Positions 32,903 through 43,295 of a stretch of DNA of 64,000 bases are shown one piece after another. The DNA is from Terriglobia bacterium. GTDB taxonomy: Bacteria > Acidobacteriota > Terriglobia > 20CM-2-55-15. Positions within the stretch are counted from its first letter, which is position 1, and the number at the start of each line of letters is the position of its first letter. The stretch covers positions 288,001 to 352,000 of the forward strand of contig CAXWPJ010000012.1 in the NCBI GenBank assembly GCA_963664115.2, written 5' to 3'. The notes under the pieces were generated by a model that saw only the letters and a list, made by a program, of their open reading frames with translations, was not told the DNA's origin and did no database searches. The position numbers and the translations under genes were made by a program.

Positions 32903-33023
32903 CGAAGCCGCCGCCCCCGGGCGGCCAAGCCCTCATTATAGCAGGACACGGGACGTGCCTCTCCGTGGGTCAAGCTGCCTGGGGCGGGTAATTTTGTTGG
33001 ATTACGGAAAGATGTGAGGCGGT

Positions 33024-34085
33024 TCAGGCGCTGATCATCCGGTCGAAAACGTCCGCTACGTAACCGACCACTGAAATTCCCTTGCGGTACTCCATCCGGG
33101 TAGGCCCGATGATTCCGAGAAAGCCCGCAGTACCGTCACGCCGTCCGTAAGGCGATGTGATGAAGGTCAAACCCTGCATGCACGGCGTACCGAGTTGGGA
33201 CCCGATCATGATCTGAACGCGCTCCTCCGGATCGTTGGGCAAACATTCGTTCAGTATCTTGACGAGGCGGTCTTTTTCCTCAAACAGCCGGAACAGTTCT
33301 TCGATTCGCTCCATGTCCCGAAAGTCGACTTTCGACAAAATGTTTCCAGTGCCTTGAACATAGACGAACTCCGCTGAGCTGTCTTCCTCGTCAAGACTTT
33401 CACTCCAGGACTCGAGCAGATGCGCCAGTAAGCGGTCATACAGCATGCGCTCTTCCCTCATCAGCTCTACGAGTTCTCTCCGGATCTCGGGCAGGGTGCT
33501 TCCCGTAAACCGCTCCACGAGGTAGTTTCCCGCCCTCGTCAGCTGCTCCTGACTGAATGCATCCTTAACGCGGATCAACTTCTGCTGCACAATCCCGGAT
33601 TGAGACACCAGGATAACGATGATTTTTTCGTCGTCCAGCCGAACAAACTCGATGTGTTGCATTACGCTGATCTCGATCGGCGGGGAGATGACGATACCGA
33701 CGTTGTTCGAGATGTCCGACAATAAATGACAGGCCGTCGACATCATGCCTTCAGGAGTGCTGGCACCGGCAAGCGCCTGGTTGATGTAGTCTTCGGCAGA
33801 ACGGGTTGGCTTCGCTGTGTGCCCCAGGCCCTCGACATAGAATCGGTATCCAATCTCCGATGGCACTCGCCCGGCCGAGGTGTGGGGTTGAACCAGGAAT
33901 CCCGCCTCTTCCAGATCCGACATGATGTTGCGGACGGTGGCTGGAGAAAGCCGGCGGTGCATCATCTTGGAAATGGTGCGAGAACCGATCGGTTCACCTG
34001 AACGAATATACTCGCCGACGATGAGCCGGAGAATCTCTCGCCCCCGTTCGTCCAACCCGCCTCCCATTGCCACCGCATCTACCAT
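33024..34085 (-). CDS. hrcA: Heat-inducible transcription repressor HrcA
   Basis: SPATVRN, QPHTSAGRVPS and IGPTRMEY motifs. Confidence 0.95.
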   Translation of the reverse strand: MVDAVAMGGGLDERGREILRLIVGEYIRSGEPIGSRTISKMMHRRLSPATVRNIMSDLEEAGFLVQPHTSAGRVPSEIGYRFYVEGLGHTAKPTRSAEDYINQALAGASTPEGMMSTACHLLSDISNNVGIVISPPIEISVMQHIEFVRLDDEKIIVILVSQSGIVQQKLIRVKDAFSQEQLTRAGNYLVERFTGSTLPEIRRELVELMREERMLYDRLLAHLLESWSESLDEEDSSAEFVYVQGTGNILSKVDFRDMERIEELFRLFEEKDRLVKILNECLPNDPEERVQIMIGSQLGTPCMQGLTFITSPYGRRDGTAGFLGIIGPTRMEYRKGISVVGYVADVFDRMISA

Positions 34086-34118
34086 AGTTGAACCATATAA
34101 CACCCGGCCCCGGGCGTG

Positions 34119-34895
34119 TCAACGCAGCCCGGTTGCAGAGGCCGGGATCCCCCTCCGATGCTCGAAGCGTGTTTCGAAATAGTCTGCGAACGCCTGAACG
34201 AAAATCGAAGTCATTTCGTCAACACCGGGACAGGAGTCCAAACATTCCGCGATTCCCATCATCTTGGCCTCCAGAACCCCCGGGTCTTCGAACCGTGTTG
34301 CCCCCGCCAACAGGTCGCGATCGCAATTGATCGGCATGGAACCATGTTGGAGGAAACCCCGCCGCAGTCGCCGCTGTGCACTCCCCACGAGTTTGCGTCC
34401 CCCGACCATCAATTCATATCGCGACGGTGAGACAAAACAGGGGTCATCGTACGCTCTATTCTCGCTTCGGTTGGGTCTATTGCGCCGAACAGTCTCCGGC
34501 GATAGAGTCGAATCGACGCCCAAGCGGCGATAGCCCAAGGACAAAGCCTCCGATATCCGGCGATAGGTGCCATATATCGAACCACCGTCGAACTGAGATG
34601 GATCGTTGGACGCGATCGCGTACGTGAGTTCGTCACCGTGGAGGACAGCACGGCCTCCGGTCGGACGCCCAACGACGCTGAGGCTGTGGGAGCCGCAAAA
34701 CTCGAGGTCAACGGCCTTTTGCAGATTCTGATTGCGGCCCAGCGAGATCGTGGGCCGGACCCAGGCGTAAAACCGTACGATGGTCAGCGGCGAATCGGAC
34801 TGGTCGACTTCTTGAAGAAGACCGCTGTCGACGGCCATGTTCGTCTCGCCGTCCAAGGCCGGATCCAGCACCAACTCCCAACTCCCCTTACTCAT
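34119..34895 (-). CDS. Lipoate-protein ligase A / LipM-family protein
   Basis: NMAVD, RPTGGRAVLH, KLVGSAQ and LQHGS motifs. Confidence 0.88.
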   Translation of the reverse strand: MSKGSWELVLDPALDGETNMAVDSGLLQEVDQSDSPLTIVRFYAWVRPTISLGRNQNLQKAVDLEFCGSHSLSVVGRPTGGRAVLHGDELTYAIASNDPSQFDGGSIYGTYRRISEALSLGYRRLGVDSTLSPETVRRNRPNRSENRAYDDPCFVSPSRYELMVGGRKLVGSAQRRLRRGFLQHGSMPINCDRDLLAGATRFEDPGVLEAKMMGIAECLDSCPGVDEMTSIFVQAFADYFETRFEHRRGIPASATGLR

Positions 34896-34925
34896 CGGGC
34901 AAGGCCATAGAGCACACAAGATTTC

Positions 34926-35074
34926 ACCGCAAAGGCGCAAAGACGCAAAGGACTTAGGCTGTGCAGGTTTTCGTTTGAATCAGCTGTCATGGGCTTGTCT
35001 GCCGCCTCTTGTAAACCCATTAAACTCCGATCAAGTAAGGGTTGCCAGTCCCTCTTTCTTTGCGCCTTTGCGGT
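34926..35074. repeat. REP-like 18-bp inverted repeat (CGCAAAG units)
   Basis: ACCGCAAAGGCGCAAAGA / TCTTTGCGCCTTTGCGGT. Confidence 0.75.
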
Positions 35075-35090
35075 TCAACATCCAATCAGC

Positions 35091-35119
35091 AAAAAGGGGC
35101 GCCATAAGGCGCCCCCTTA
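35091..35119 (-). terminator. Rho-independent terminator after degP
   Basis: GGGGCGCC-ataa-GGCGCCCC with an A tract on the left. Confidence 0.7.
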
Positions 35120-35144
35120 ACCTTATTTTGCCTTCGAATCACAT

Positions 35145-36638
35145 CTATGGCACCGTCATCGGCAGGAACTGATTTACGAATTCGTTGTTCTGGGGATTTC
35201 GGATCATGACCATGAAGGCGATGGTCGTACCCGATTCCAGACCTTGCATCGCACCCGTAAAATCAGAAACACTGGCGATTTCGAGGTTCTCTCGTCCGGC
35301 AACGATTCGGGAAATGATCATGCCACGAGCCAGACCCGCTTCGTCCGCCTCACTGCCGGGCTCGACCGATTCGATCATTACACCCCGCAGATCACGGCCA
35401 CCGGGAAGCGACCGTGCCTGCGGCGTGATGGCCTGCACTCGGATGCCCAACTCGGTCTCACTGTCCCCACTATCAGCGGGCGGCTGGACGGCAGCCCTCT
35501 GGTCTCCGAAAAGCACCTCGCGATCCGCGATCGTGACATTCAGTGTCAATTCATCTCCAGAGCGATAGACCGAAATCGGCACCGTGTCACCTACCCGCTG
35601 CCTGGCGACGATCTGAAGCAGGATATCCCCATCGATGACGGGCTCGCCGGCGATCTCCGTAATGACATCACTCGCCTGGAACCCGGCTTCCTCAGCGGGG
35701 CCACCTGGATACACACTGGAAACCACAACCCCATGGTCCAGACCGAAAGCGCGTATCAATGCCGGATCCGGATTGGCGTCATAAGTGATGCCAATCGATC
35801 CTCGTGTCACACGACCGCCGGTGACGATCTGGTTGTATACGTCGATGGCAACATTTGAAGGCAGTGCGAAGCCGAGGCCGGCAAATTGCTGAGTATTGGA
35901 AATGATCGCAGTATTGATACCGATGACCTCCCCCGCCATGTTGACGAGCGGGCCCCCGCTGTTACCGGGATTGATCGCGGCATCAGTCTGGATGAAGCTT
36001 TGAAACTGTCGACCCCCGGGAACATCCCTCCCTTTGGCGCTGATGATACCCGCCGTCAGAGTCCGCTCGAACCCAAACGGACTGCCCAGGGCCAACACCC
36101 AATCGCCCGCGTTGACAGCGTCGGAATTCCCCATCCTCGCAACCGGAAGCTCGCGTCCAGCATCAATCTTGACGACAGCCAGGTCGGTTTCCTCGTCCAC
36201 CCCGACGATGGTTCCTTCATATTCGGAATCGTCGTGGAGCTGGATCGTAATGGTGTCTGCCCCTTCAATCACATGGTTGTTTGTCAGGATGTAACCAGAT
36301 GGATCAACGATGAAACCGGAACCGAGACTCTGGACGGGCCGGTTTTGTTCAGGCGCGGGAGCCTGATCGCCGAAGAAATCGAAGAAGTCCCGGAACTGAT
36401 CGGGAATCGCGCCCCCGCCCGTCTCCCGGGTGGATTCCACGTCGATATTGACTACAGCGGGCCCGACCTGATTCGCGACAGTCGCGAATCCATTCGATAG
36501 TTCCACAGGATCGGGAATGGTCAGTACGTTGGGCTGCTGCGTCGCCGTTACCCGTTCCGATACGATCGTCCCGATCACGATCCCCAGTACCAGGGTAATC
36601 GCGATGAAGCCGGAGTAGAGGATGCGTCGTCTTTCCAT
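35145..36638 (-). CDS. degP: DegP/HtrA serine protease with two PDZ domains
   Basis: GSGF, TNNHV, TDLAV and INPGNSGGPL motifs. Confidence 0.9.
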   Translation of the reverse strand: MERRRILYSGFIAITLVLGIVIGTIVSERVTATQQPNVLTIPDPVELSNGFATVANQVGPAVVNIDVESTRETGGGAIPDQFRDFFDFFGDQAPAPEQNRPVQSLGSGFIVDPSGYILTNNHVIEGADTITIQLHDDSEYEGTIVGVDEETDLAVVKIDAGRELPVARMGNSDAVNAGDWVLALGSPFGFERTLTAGIISAKGRDVPGGRQFQSFIQTDAAINPGNSGGPLVNMAGEVIGINTAIISNTQQFAGLGFALPSNVAIDVYNQIVTGGRVTRGSIGITYDANPDPALIRAFGLDHGVVVSSVYPGGPAEEAGFQASDVITEIAGEPVIDGDILLQIVARQRVGDTVPISVYRSGDELTLNVTIADREVLFGDQRAAVQPPADSGDSETELGIRVQAITPQARSLPGGRDLRGVMIESVEPGSEADEAGLARGMIISRIVAGRENLEIASVSDFTGAMQGLESGTTIAFMVMIRNPQNNEFVNQFLPMTVP

Positions 36639-36790
36639 CGGTCAACCTTCCAGTGTAAGTAAGTTGTTTACTTTGGCGATTATAGCCCAACGGGCGCCGG
36701 GAGCGAAGCTAGTCGCACGTCGGAGCCGGCAAAGGTGCTGCATCAAACTCAACCATTCATTTGACGGAGAGATTCACAAATCGTCTGCGC

Positions 36791-37987
36791 CTATCGCAAA
36801 TTCCCGCTCATCTTCCGCCGGGCGATACCCTTCGCAGCCGTCAAACGCTCTTCTGCCAGAGCCAGGGTTTCCTCCTTCTTGCAGAACGTGAAGCGGATGA
36901 GGTCCTTTCCTGCAGCGGGGTCTCGGAAAAAGCTGCTTCCCGGAACGGCGGCAACGCCCACTTCCGTGACCAGGAAGCGGCAGAACTCGATGTCGTCAGG
37001 ATACGCCCATCCCGAGATGTCGCTCATCACGTAATAGGCGCCTTCAGGCACAATGGGGTCAAAGCCAGAAGAGTCGAGAATCTGGATCAACCTGTCCCGG
37101 CGCTTCTGATACGCTGAGGCAAGTTCGTCGTAGTAGCGATCGGGCAACCCCATGGCAATCACCCCGGCTTCTTGTAGCGGTGCCGCAGCACCCACACTGA
37201 TGAAGTCATGCATCTTACGGATGGCATCCGCAATGCGGGGAGGTGCAATCGAATACCGGACGCGCCAGCCGGTGACGCTGTAAGTCTTCGACATGCTGCC
37301 GATCACGACCGTCCGCTCTCGCATTCCGTCGATAGTAATCATCGAAACGTGGCGGGCTCCATCGTAAATTATATGTTCATAGATTTCGTCGGTAACGGCC
37401 AGAACGTCCCACTTCTGGCAAAGACGGGCTATGCACTTCAGTTCTTCCGTGGAGAAAACTTTTCCCGTCGGGTTGTTCGGCGTATTGATGATGATGGCCT
37501 TGGTCCGCTCGTTGAACCGGGATTCCAACTCCGTCTCGTCGAAGGTCCAGTCCGGATAGTTCAGCCGCACGTAACGGGGAGTCGCGCCCGAGATAACGGT
37601 GTCCGGCCCATAGTTTTCGTAGAAGGGCTCGAAAACGATAACCTCGTCACCGGGATTGATGACCGCCATCAAGACGTCCATCATCGCTTCCGTCGCCCCG
37701 CAGGCCACTGTAATCTCGGTCTCCGGATCAATGTCGATTCCGATGAAACGCTTGGTTTTCGCCGCAAGAGCGTCTCTGAAGTTTTTAGCGCCCCATGTGA
37801 TGGCGTACTGATTGACGTCCCCAAACACGGCGTCGGCCGCAGCTTTCTTGAGAACATCCGGAGCAGGAAAGTCCGGGTAACCCTGAGAGAGATTGATTGC
37901 GCCGTGCTCGGCGGCAAGCCGGGTCATCTCGCGGATCACGGACTCGGTAAACTGCCCGGCTTTATGTGAAATGGGTTTCTTGAACAT
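36791..37987 (-). CDS. PLP-dependent class I/II aminotransferase
   Basis: NLSQGYPD, NTPNNPTG, DEIYE and SKTYSVTGWR motifs. Confidence 0.92.
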   Translation of the reverse strand: MFKKPISHKAGQFTESVIREMTRLAAEHGAINLSQGYPDFPAPDVLKKAAADAVFGDVNQYAITWGAKNFRDALAAKTKRFIGIDIDPETEITVACGATEAMMDVLMAVINPGDEVIVFEPFYENYGPDTVISGATPRYVRLNYPDWTFDETELESRFNERTKAIIINTPNNPTGKVFSTEELKCIARLCQKWDVLAVTDEIYEHIIYDGARHVSMITIDGMRERTVVIGSMSKTYSVTGWRVRYSIAPPRIADAIRKMHDFISVGAAAPLQEAGVIAMGLPDRYYDELASAYQKRRDRLIQILDSSGFDPIVPEGAYYVMSDISGWAYPDDIEFCRFLVTEVGVAAVPGSSFFRDPAAGKDLIRFTFCKKEETLALAEERLTAAKGIARRKMSGNLR

Positions 37988-38013
37988 CGTCCTTAGGCGA
38001 AGGACATGACTTT

Positions 38014-39102
38014 CTAGCGCTGTTCCAGTTCACTGGGACCTGGGTAATCTTCGCCCAGTCGCCGTGGATCATTGTCGGCAAGTATCTTGATGAGTTCTTC
38101 GTGGAAGTAATCAGAGCCGGGCTCTTCGACTTGTCTCCGATAAGTCTCGCGACCCGTGTCGATCTCTTTTTGCAGGCGGGAATATAGATCCGCATGAACC
38201 CGGCCTTCGAGAACCTGCGTCTCGTGTCCCAACTTGATCTCGGACACAAGCATTCGGGCCAGACGGCGCGCTTCCGCAGCAGGATCGGTACCGCCTTCTG
38301 GAGGGTCGGACCTTTCCAACGCCCGGTCCACGACATCGGACTCCGTCGCTCCGCCACGGCCAAAGAAGCGTATTCGAAGTCCGAAGTTCTCGATGGCCCG
38401 TTTCAGCGCATCTGTGATAACGCCAAACGCATCCCGGTCGGCGATCCCCGAAGCGCAGACGGCCGCGATCGTCTTGGACTGAACGACGATCGGTGTAAAA
38501 AACCATTCAGGATCGATGGTGTCTTCGGAAACCAAATCGGGGAAAGCCGTTTCACCCTGGGCGTTCCACAGGGCTAATCCGTCCGGCTTTTTCACATAGA
38601 TCGCCACACCTTCGGAGAGGTGATCCGCGGCTGTCAGGAACCGCCGCAAAATCTCCGTCTGGGACGCTGCGTCGCCGACACGCCGATGGAAGTCGGCCAT
38701 TAAACGCCAGCTCTCCGCTTCGGCCATCAAGTCGATTCTGTCTTTCTGCCATCGCTCCTGTGCATCGGCCGCTTCCTTCTGAAGGGTTCGTTTCAAGCCG
38801 TCGAGTTCCCCCGCCAGGTGTTCCTTGAACCGGGCCTCTAATTCGGAGGTGACTTCCCCTCGCACCGTTTGCCCCGTCTCTTCACGAATCCGTTGCTCTT
38901 CTTTGGCCCCACGCATACGGAACTCGGCTTCCTTATCGAGCAGCACTTTCTTGAGGCGAACCTTGGCTTCCGCTTCCAAGGTGGCGCGCAACTCTTCGAG
39001 CATGCGATCGAGTTCGTCTGAAAGCTGGGGTGCGACCGCTTCGAGAAGGCGGTCAACGGACACTTTTCCTTTGGCAGGGTCTTTGGGAACCTTGGCAGAC
39101 AC
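38014..39102 (-). CDS. Hypothetical coiled-coil protein
   Basis: 362-aa ORF; charged helical N-terminal half; C-terminal EARRLARMLVSEIKL...DYFHEEL. Confidence 0.7.
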   Translation of the reverse strand: MSAKVPKDPAKGKVSVDRLLEAVAPQLSDELDRMLEELRATLEAEAKVRLKKVLLDKEAEFRMRGAKEEQRIREETGQTVRGEVTSELEARFKEHLAGELDGLKRTLQKEAADAQERWQKDRIDLMAEAESWRLMADFHRRVGDAASQTEILRRFLTAADHLSEGVAIYVKKPDGLALWNAQGETAFPDLVSEDTIDPEWFFTPIVVQSKTIAAVCASGIADRDAFGVITDALKRAIENFGLRIRFFGRGGATESDVVDRALERSDPPEGGTDPAAEARRLARMLVSEIKLGHETQVLEGRVHADLYSRLQKEIDTGRETYRRQVEEPGSDYFHEELIKILADNDPRRLGEDYPGPSELEQR

Positions 39103-39263
39103 GCTTAAACAAACCTCCGGAGAAAGGCCAGATTATAGCATAAGGCCCTGTAAGACCATTATTGGTAACAACTTAAAAAGGAGTCAGAGAGATGGTAAAA
39201 AAGGGACCACAGGGCTCAGAGCCCTTTTTTTCAAGACAAACCTATATAATTGGGTGGACCTGC

Positions 39264-39620
39264 GGGGGCGCACCGGTTTCGACGGATGCGAAGATGCAGG
39301 AGATGCATACCGAGGTTCCACGATCCTCGTAAAACGCGTGGAAAACAATCAACTGCTGACAATCAGTTAGCAATGGCTGCCTAATACGCAGCCACGTCCT
39401 TGGTTAATTCGCCTGTAGGTTGATTAAAGGGCGTCACTTTTTGCAGGATAGCCTGTTGCGGCTGGCCCGGCGGCGGCGGGTGAAACTCAATGGGCTGGTG
39501 TTCCGGCCGGGTTGCAGGTGCCTTCGGGCCGGGACACGAGACAAATAGGAACCTGACAAGTATGTAGATTCTTCTGTTGAACGTTTTCGGACGCGGGTTC
39601 GATTCCCGCCGCCTCCATCA
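39264..39620 (+). ncRNA. ssrA: tmRNA, tag peptide (A)ADNQLAMAA
   Basis: 5' GGGGGCG...TTCGAC; T-arm GGGTTCGATTCCC; acceptor CGCCTCCA; tag ORF 39355-39384; TATAAT at 39245. Confidence 0.95.
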
Positions 39621-39823
39621 GTAAGTTGTTTATAATCAATTAGTTGATTCCAGAGGCTGACCAGAAATTGGTCAGCTTTTGGCATGTTTGGGCATGGTTT
39701 GGTCAACATTTTGGTCAACATTTTCACCCCTTCCACCGCCACCCATTCGCCTCCTACCGACTGCCCGGTTCGGTGACGGAAACGCCCGGGCTCTCGGACG
39801 CCCTGCCCCGTCCTTGGGGTGAT

Positions 39824-40190
39824 TCAGAAGGGAATGTCGTCGTCGGTGAGCGTGTGGGTTCGCTCGATCTGAAGGTCCAGAAGGATTCTTGCCGCGTGAT
39901 CGAGAAACTCGTCTCGATCCATGAAAACCACGTGTCTCCGCATCCCCGCATCCAATTGCTCCACAAGCCACGTCTTCGCGGCGCGGGTGATTGCGCCGGC
40001 GGAAATGATGAAGACGTGATCAAGGAGCACCTTGCGGTTCGCGTCAGGATCGAAGATCGGATGCTCGATCGCCATTTTCGCTTAAGTGAGGACGTTCGCA
40101 ACGTTCTTGCTCCCTCCGAAGCCACTGGAGTCGATCTTCTCTTTCTTGATCTGCGTGCAGAAGTAGAGCCAGTGCCCCGTCGGTAGCTGA
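39824..40190 (-). pseudogene. C-terminal fragment of a restriction-endonuclease-like (Mrr-type, QxK) protein with an internal stop
   Basis: PTGHWLYFCTQIKKEKIDS...NVLT*AKMAIEHPIFD; TAA interrupts a continuous frame. Confidence 0.5.
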
Positions 40191-40194
40191 CACT

Positions 40195-40360
40195 TCATCC
40201 AGAGGTCTTTCCCGAACTCCAGTGTCTGACGACGCGCCCGGGCGTTCCGATCACAGTGCAGATCGGCGGCACGTCGTGCATGATGATGAACGAGTTGGCA
40301 CCAATCTTACTGTTTTCGCCCGCACGAATCGGTCCGAGCAAGGCGATGCCGTACCAATGA
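40195..40360 (-). pseudogene. Serine O-acetyltransferase C-terminal fragment
   Basis: LGPIRAGENSKIGANS...DVPPICTVIGTPGRVV hexapeptide-repeat tail. Confidence 0.6.
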
Positions 40361-40369
40361 GAACGTTGT

Positions 40370-40398
40370 AAATCACTTCTCGGACGTTGAGAATTGGC
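40370..40398 (+). repeat. Island palindrome P1 (right half)
   Basis: AAATCACTTCTCGGACGTTGAGAATTGG. Confidence 0.8.
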
Positions 40399-40494
40399 CA
40401 ACATTCACGAGTAGACGCTTTCCTCGCCAATAACCCTCCCATGTAGATAGACTTACCAGAATTTCGCTGTTCTACTGAGCGACACACTCTGAAC

Positions 40495-40623
40495 ATGGAA
40501 TCTGGCACCAAACTCGGCCACTACGAGATCTCAACGCTCTTAGGTACGGACCAGGCCGACGCTCCCGCGAACCTCATCGCCGTACAGAACTGGCTCGAGG
40601 AGCTGATGCGGCTCGTGCCTTGA
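40495..40623 (+). pseudogene. Internally deleted Ser/Thr kinase gene (first 17 codons fused to the C-terminal tail)
   Basis: MESGTKLGHYEISTLLG matches the start of 47431; ends VQNWLEELMRLVP*. Confidence 0.8.
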
Positions 40624-40832
40624 GGCTATAGAGGTTCGTCAAGGTACAGAGACTTTTAAAGATTGCGTTGACGGGCTTGTTCTGAATCTTACGCCTACTT
40701 TCCCGCACTACATCGCCTCCAGCGCCATGTCAGTTGACTGCTGCGATAGGGAGGTCAGGCAGGGCCCGTAGCAGGCTCCGAGCCCTGTCGAAACGACGGA
40801 TCGTCTTACCTGGCGAATTTCTATGGCAAGTC

Positions 40833-41726
40833 CTACCGGGAGCCGCTGGTGCCGGCCGCTGAGTAGGCGTTCTCGTTGAAGAAGTCCTCTTCGCTGGGAA
40901 CGCAAGGTTGATCCCACAGCTCGGCGCCGGGAGCCAACTTGGTCGTGAACACCTGGCCGACCCACGGTTCCGTATAAACCTCGGGATCGTAAATTGTGAG
41001 CTGGGATTCCAGGGTCCCGTAGGTCGGACGGCTCCACCGTTCGACGATCCGCATGTTGTTGGTGTGGGGCGCGCCGCCACCCGATGCCCGGGGGTCCTCG
41101 ACCTCAACTTCAAGGATCCACGAACGGTCGTCGAACCAGGCGGACTCGACGACGAACGTGTCACCCTCCCAGTGGCCGACGTTCCAGCCATTAAAGTTCA
41201 TCACCGGGGGCTCTTCCTCCGGAAGCTCGCGGCCGTCGGTATAAATCGTGCGCCAGGTGTGCTGGTACTCGAAGAACTGTAGAACCCGGTCGGGCAACAT
41301 CACGAACTCGAAGCCGCGGTTCTGGTTATAAAGCCGGGGCCAGCCCAACGGATCACAGGCCAGGAGTCCGAGGTCCTTTTCCGAGCCGCCATTTCCATAG
41401 ATCGGGAACCCGTCCGAGGTGAATTCTTCACCGCGAGTGTCCTCGAAGAGTTCCTCTCCGTACTCGGTGAAGGGAGGACGGGGCACCATGGAATCGCGTG
41501 CGCCGATATGACCCCAGACACCGGAAAGATCGCGCCGGTCGTAGTCGGTGATCTCGTCGATCCGGTTCTGGGCCCAGGCTTCGTCCCTGTCGGCGTTGTT
41601 CTGGCAGCGCGAGCAAGGGTACCAACCCTCCGGGAATTGAGCCGCTCGGCTCTCTTGGGCCAGCGCGAGCGACAGGCACAGGACAGCCGCCGTGACCACT
41701 GTCAGAATGACGATTCGATTTCGCAT
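40833..41726 (-). CDS. Exported hypothetical protein (paralog of 62695-63561)
   Basis: Signal peptide; CSRCQNN, DLSGVW, CDPLGWPR and GHWEGDTFVVE motifs. Confidence 0.8.
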   Translation of the reverse strand: MRNRIVILTVVTAAVLCLSLALAQESRAAQFPEGWYPCSRCQNNADRDEAWAQNRIDEITDYDRRDLSGVWGHIGARDSMVPRPPFTEYGEELFEDTRGEEFTSDGFPIYGNGGSEKDLGLLACDPLGWPRLYNQNRGFEFVMLPDRVLQFFEYQHTWRTIYTDGRELPEEEPPVMNFNGWNVGHWEGDTFVVESAWFDDRSWILEVEVEDPRASGGGAPHTNNMRIVERWSRPTYGTLESQLTIYDPEVYTEPWVGQVFTTKLAPGAELWDQPCVPSEEDFFNENAYSAAGTSGSR

Positions 41727-42100
41727 GGTAGTCCCCTCCCCTCATGCTCCAGAGATCTGGATAAACAAACGATACATAGCGATGGGTGCAATCTTTCGCC
41801 ATTGAACACTTGAGAGTCGTGCCTGTCAACAGCTAGCTGACGCGAAGTCGCCGCGAGGGAAACGCCCGTGAAGAAGAGTGCGCGCATCCAGTGGGAAGCC
41901 AGGGCAGCTGCCGGCGTGGACGCGGGATACTCTCTCCGTCGGCGACCGGGTAACCGTCGGCAATACCTATTTCACCGTCGAGACCATCAACGCTGCCGGC
42001 GAGACCGTCGATGGGGGTTTCGCATACTGTACTCGGTGACAACTCCTTCAAACGTCAAAGACCGAGTTCATATCCAGAGCAGCGTCGCTGTGATGACCTA

Positions 42101-43251
42101 GTGGTCCCCGTTAAACAGACTGTAACTTATCAAGATTTCGCCGGCCGCGCTGGACTTTAGCAAGGATGTCGGAAGCCGTTGCAGTCCAGATGAAGGGTTT
42201 CGGGTCTTCATTGTGACGAGCGAGGTAGTCCTCCACGGCCTGGATCAACTCGGGGACCGAGCGGAAAACGCCACGCCGGAGTCGTTGCTCGGACAGATCC
42301 CGGAAAAAGCGCTCGACCATGTTGAGCCACGACGCACTGGTTGGCGTGAAGTGCACATGAAAACGCTTGTTACGCTTGAGCCAGTTGACGACTTTCTGAT
42401 GTTTGTGAGTCGCATAGTTGTCGCAAATAATGTGGATCTCCTTATCTTTCGGCATGGCGCGTTTGATCTGATTCAGAAACCGGATCCATTCCTGATGGCG
42501 ATGCTTTGGCATGCAGGTTCCGATGACCGAACCGTCCAGGATGTTGAGCGCGGCGAAAAGCGTGGTTGTCCCGTTACGTTTGTAATCGTGGGTCATGGTG
42601 CCACACCGCCCCTTCTTCAGAGGTAACCCGGGTTGCGTGCGGTCCAGGGCCTGCATCTGGCTCTTCTCATCGCAGGACAAGACAATGGCGTTTTCCGGTG
42701 GGCTCAGATACAGACCGACCACATCCTCCAGCTTTTCGGCGAATCGTTTGTCGTTGGATAGTTTGAAGGTTCGTGACAGATGAGGCTTCAGTCCATGGAC
42801 CCGCCAGATTTTCCCGACCGTGGACTCGCTCACGCCAACGGCCTTCGCCATCGAGGCCCGACTCCAGTGCGTCGCGTTCGGGGGCTTCTCTTCCAGTGTC
42901 TTCTTGACGATCCGGGCTCGCTTCCGGCGACTGATCGTGGGAATCCGTCCGCTTCGCGGCGCATCCTTTTCGATCCCAGCCAAGCCCTGTTCCACAAAAC
43001 GATTGCGCCAGCGGCCCGCTTTCTGGCGCGTGATCTCCAAGCGGGCGGCGATCTCATAATTGTTCCGACCTTCAGCGGCCAGTAATACAATTCGGGATCG
43101 TTCCGCCAACCGGACCGATGTACTCCGGCTTCGACTCAGTCGCTCCAACTCCATCCGCTGCTTGTCATCCAATTCAATGGTCGGTGCTTTCCTCATTCTC
43201 TATTGGACGTTGGAAAGCTATTTTAGTTACATTACTTCGAGCGGGGTACAC
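42101..43251 (-). mobile_element. IS630-family insertion sequence
   Basis: Imperfect terminal IRs GTGGTCCCCGTT / AGCGGGGTACAC; TA on both flanks (CTAG context). Confidence 0.88.
42111..43196 (-). CDS. IS630 transposase
   Basis: CDEKSQ, HDYKRNGT, DNYATHK and SWLNMVERFF motifs. Confidence 0.95.
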   Translation of the reverse strand: MRKAPTIELDDKQRMELERLSRSRSTSVRLAERSRIVLLAAEGRNNYEIAARLEITRQKAGRWRNRFVEQGLAGIEKDAPRSGRIPTISRRKRARIVKKTLEEKPPNATHWSRASMAKAVGVSESTVGKIWRVHGLKPHLSRTFKLSNDKRFAEKLEDVVGLYLSPPENAIVLSCDEKSQMQALDRTQPGLPLKKGRCGTMTHDYKRNGTTTLFAALNILDGSVIGTCMPKHRHQEWIRFLNQIKRAMPKDKEIHIICDNYATHKHQKVVNWLKRNKRFHVHFTPTSASWLNMVERFFRDLSEQRLRRGVFRSVPELIQAVEDYLARHNEDPKPFIWTATASDILAKVQRGRRNLDKLQSV

Positions 43252-43263
43252 TAGAACTGGTTG

Positions 43264-43295
43264 CCAGAAGTCGACTTCTGGGACGTTGAATTTGG
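43264..43295 (+). repeat. Degenerate island palindrome P2
   Basis: CCAGAAGTCGACTTCTGGGACGTTGAATTTGG resembles the core and right arm. Confidence 0.45.

Noticed and set aside
38825-40186. ORFs overlapping tmRNA and the att region (38825-39370, 39434-39742, 39644-40186)
   Set aside because: Shadow frames of ssrA and antisense of other genes; no protein motifs
41833-42101. Short ORFs beside IS630
   Set aside because: No recognisable motifs; cannot be supported as genes
43195-43215. GGACGTTGG match to the island palindrome
   Set aside because: Lies inside the IS630 end and lacks the complementary arm; likely chance
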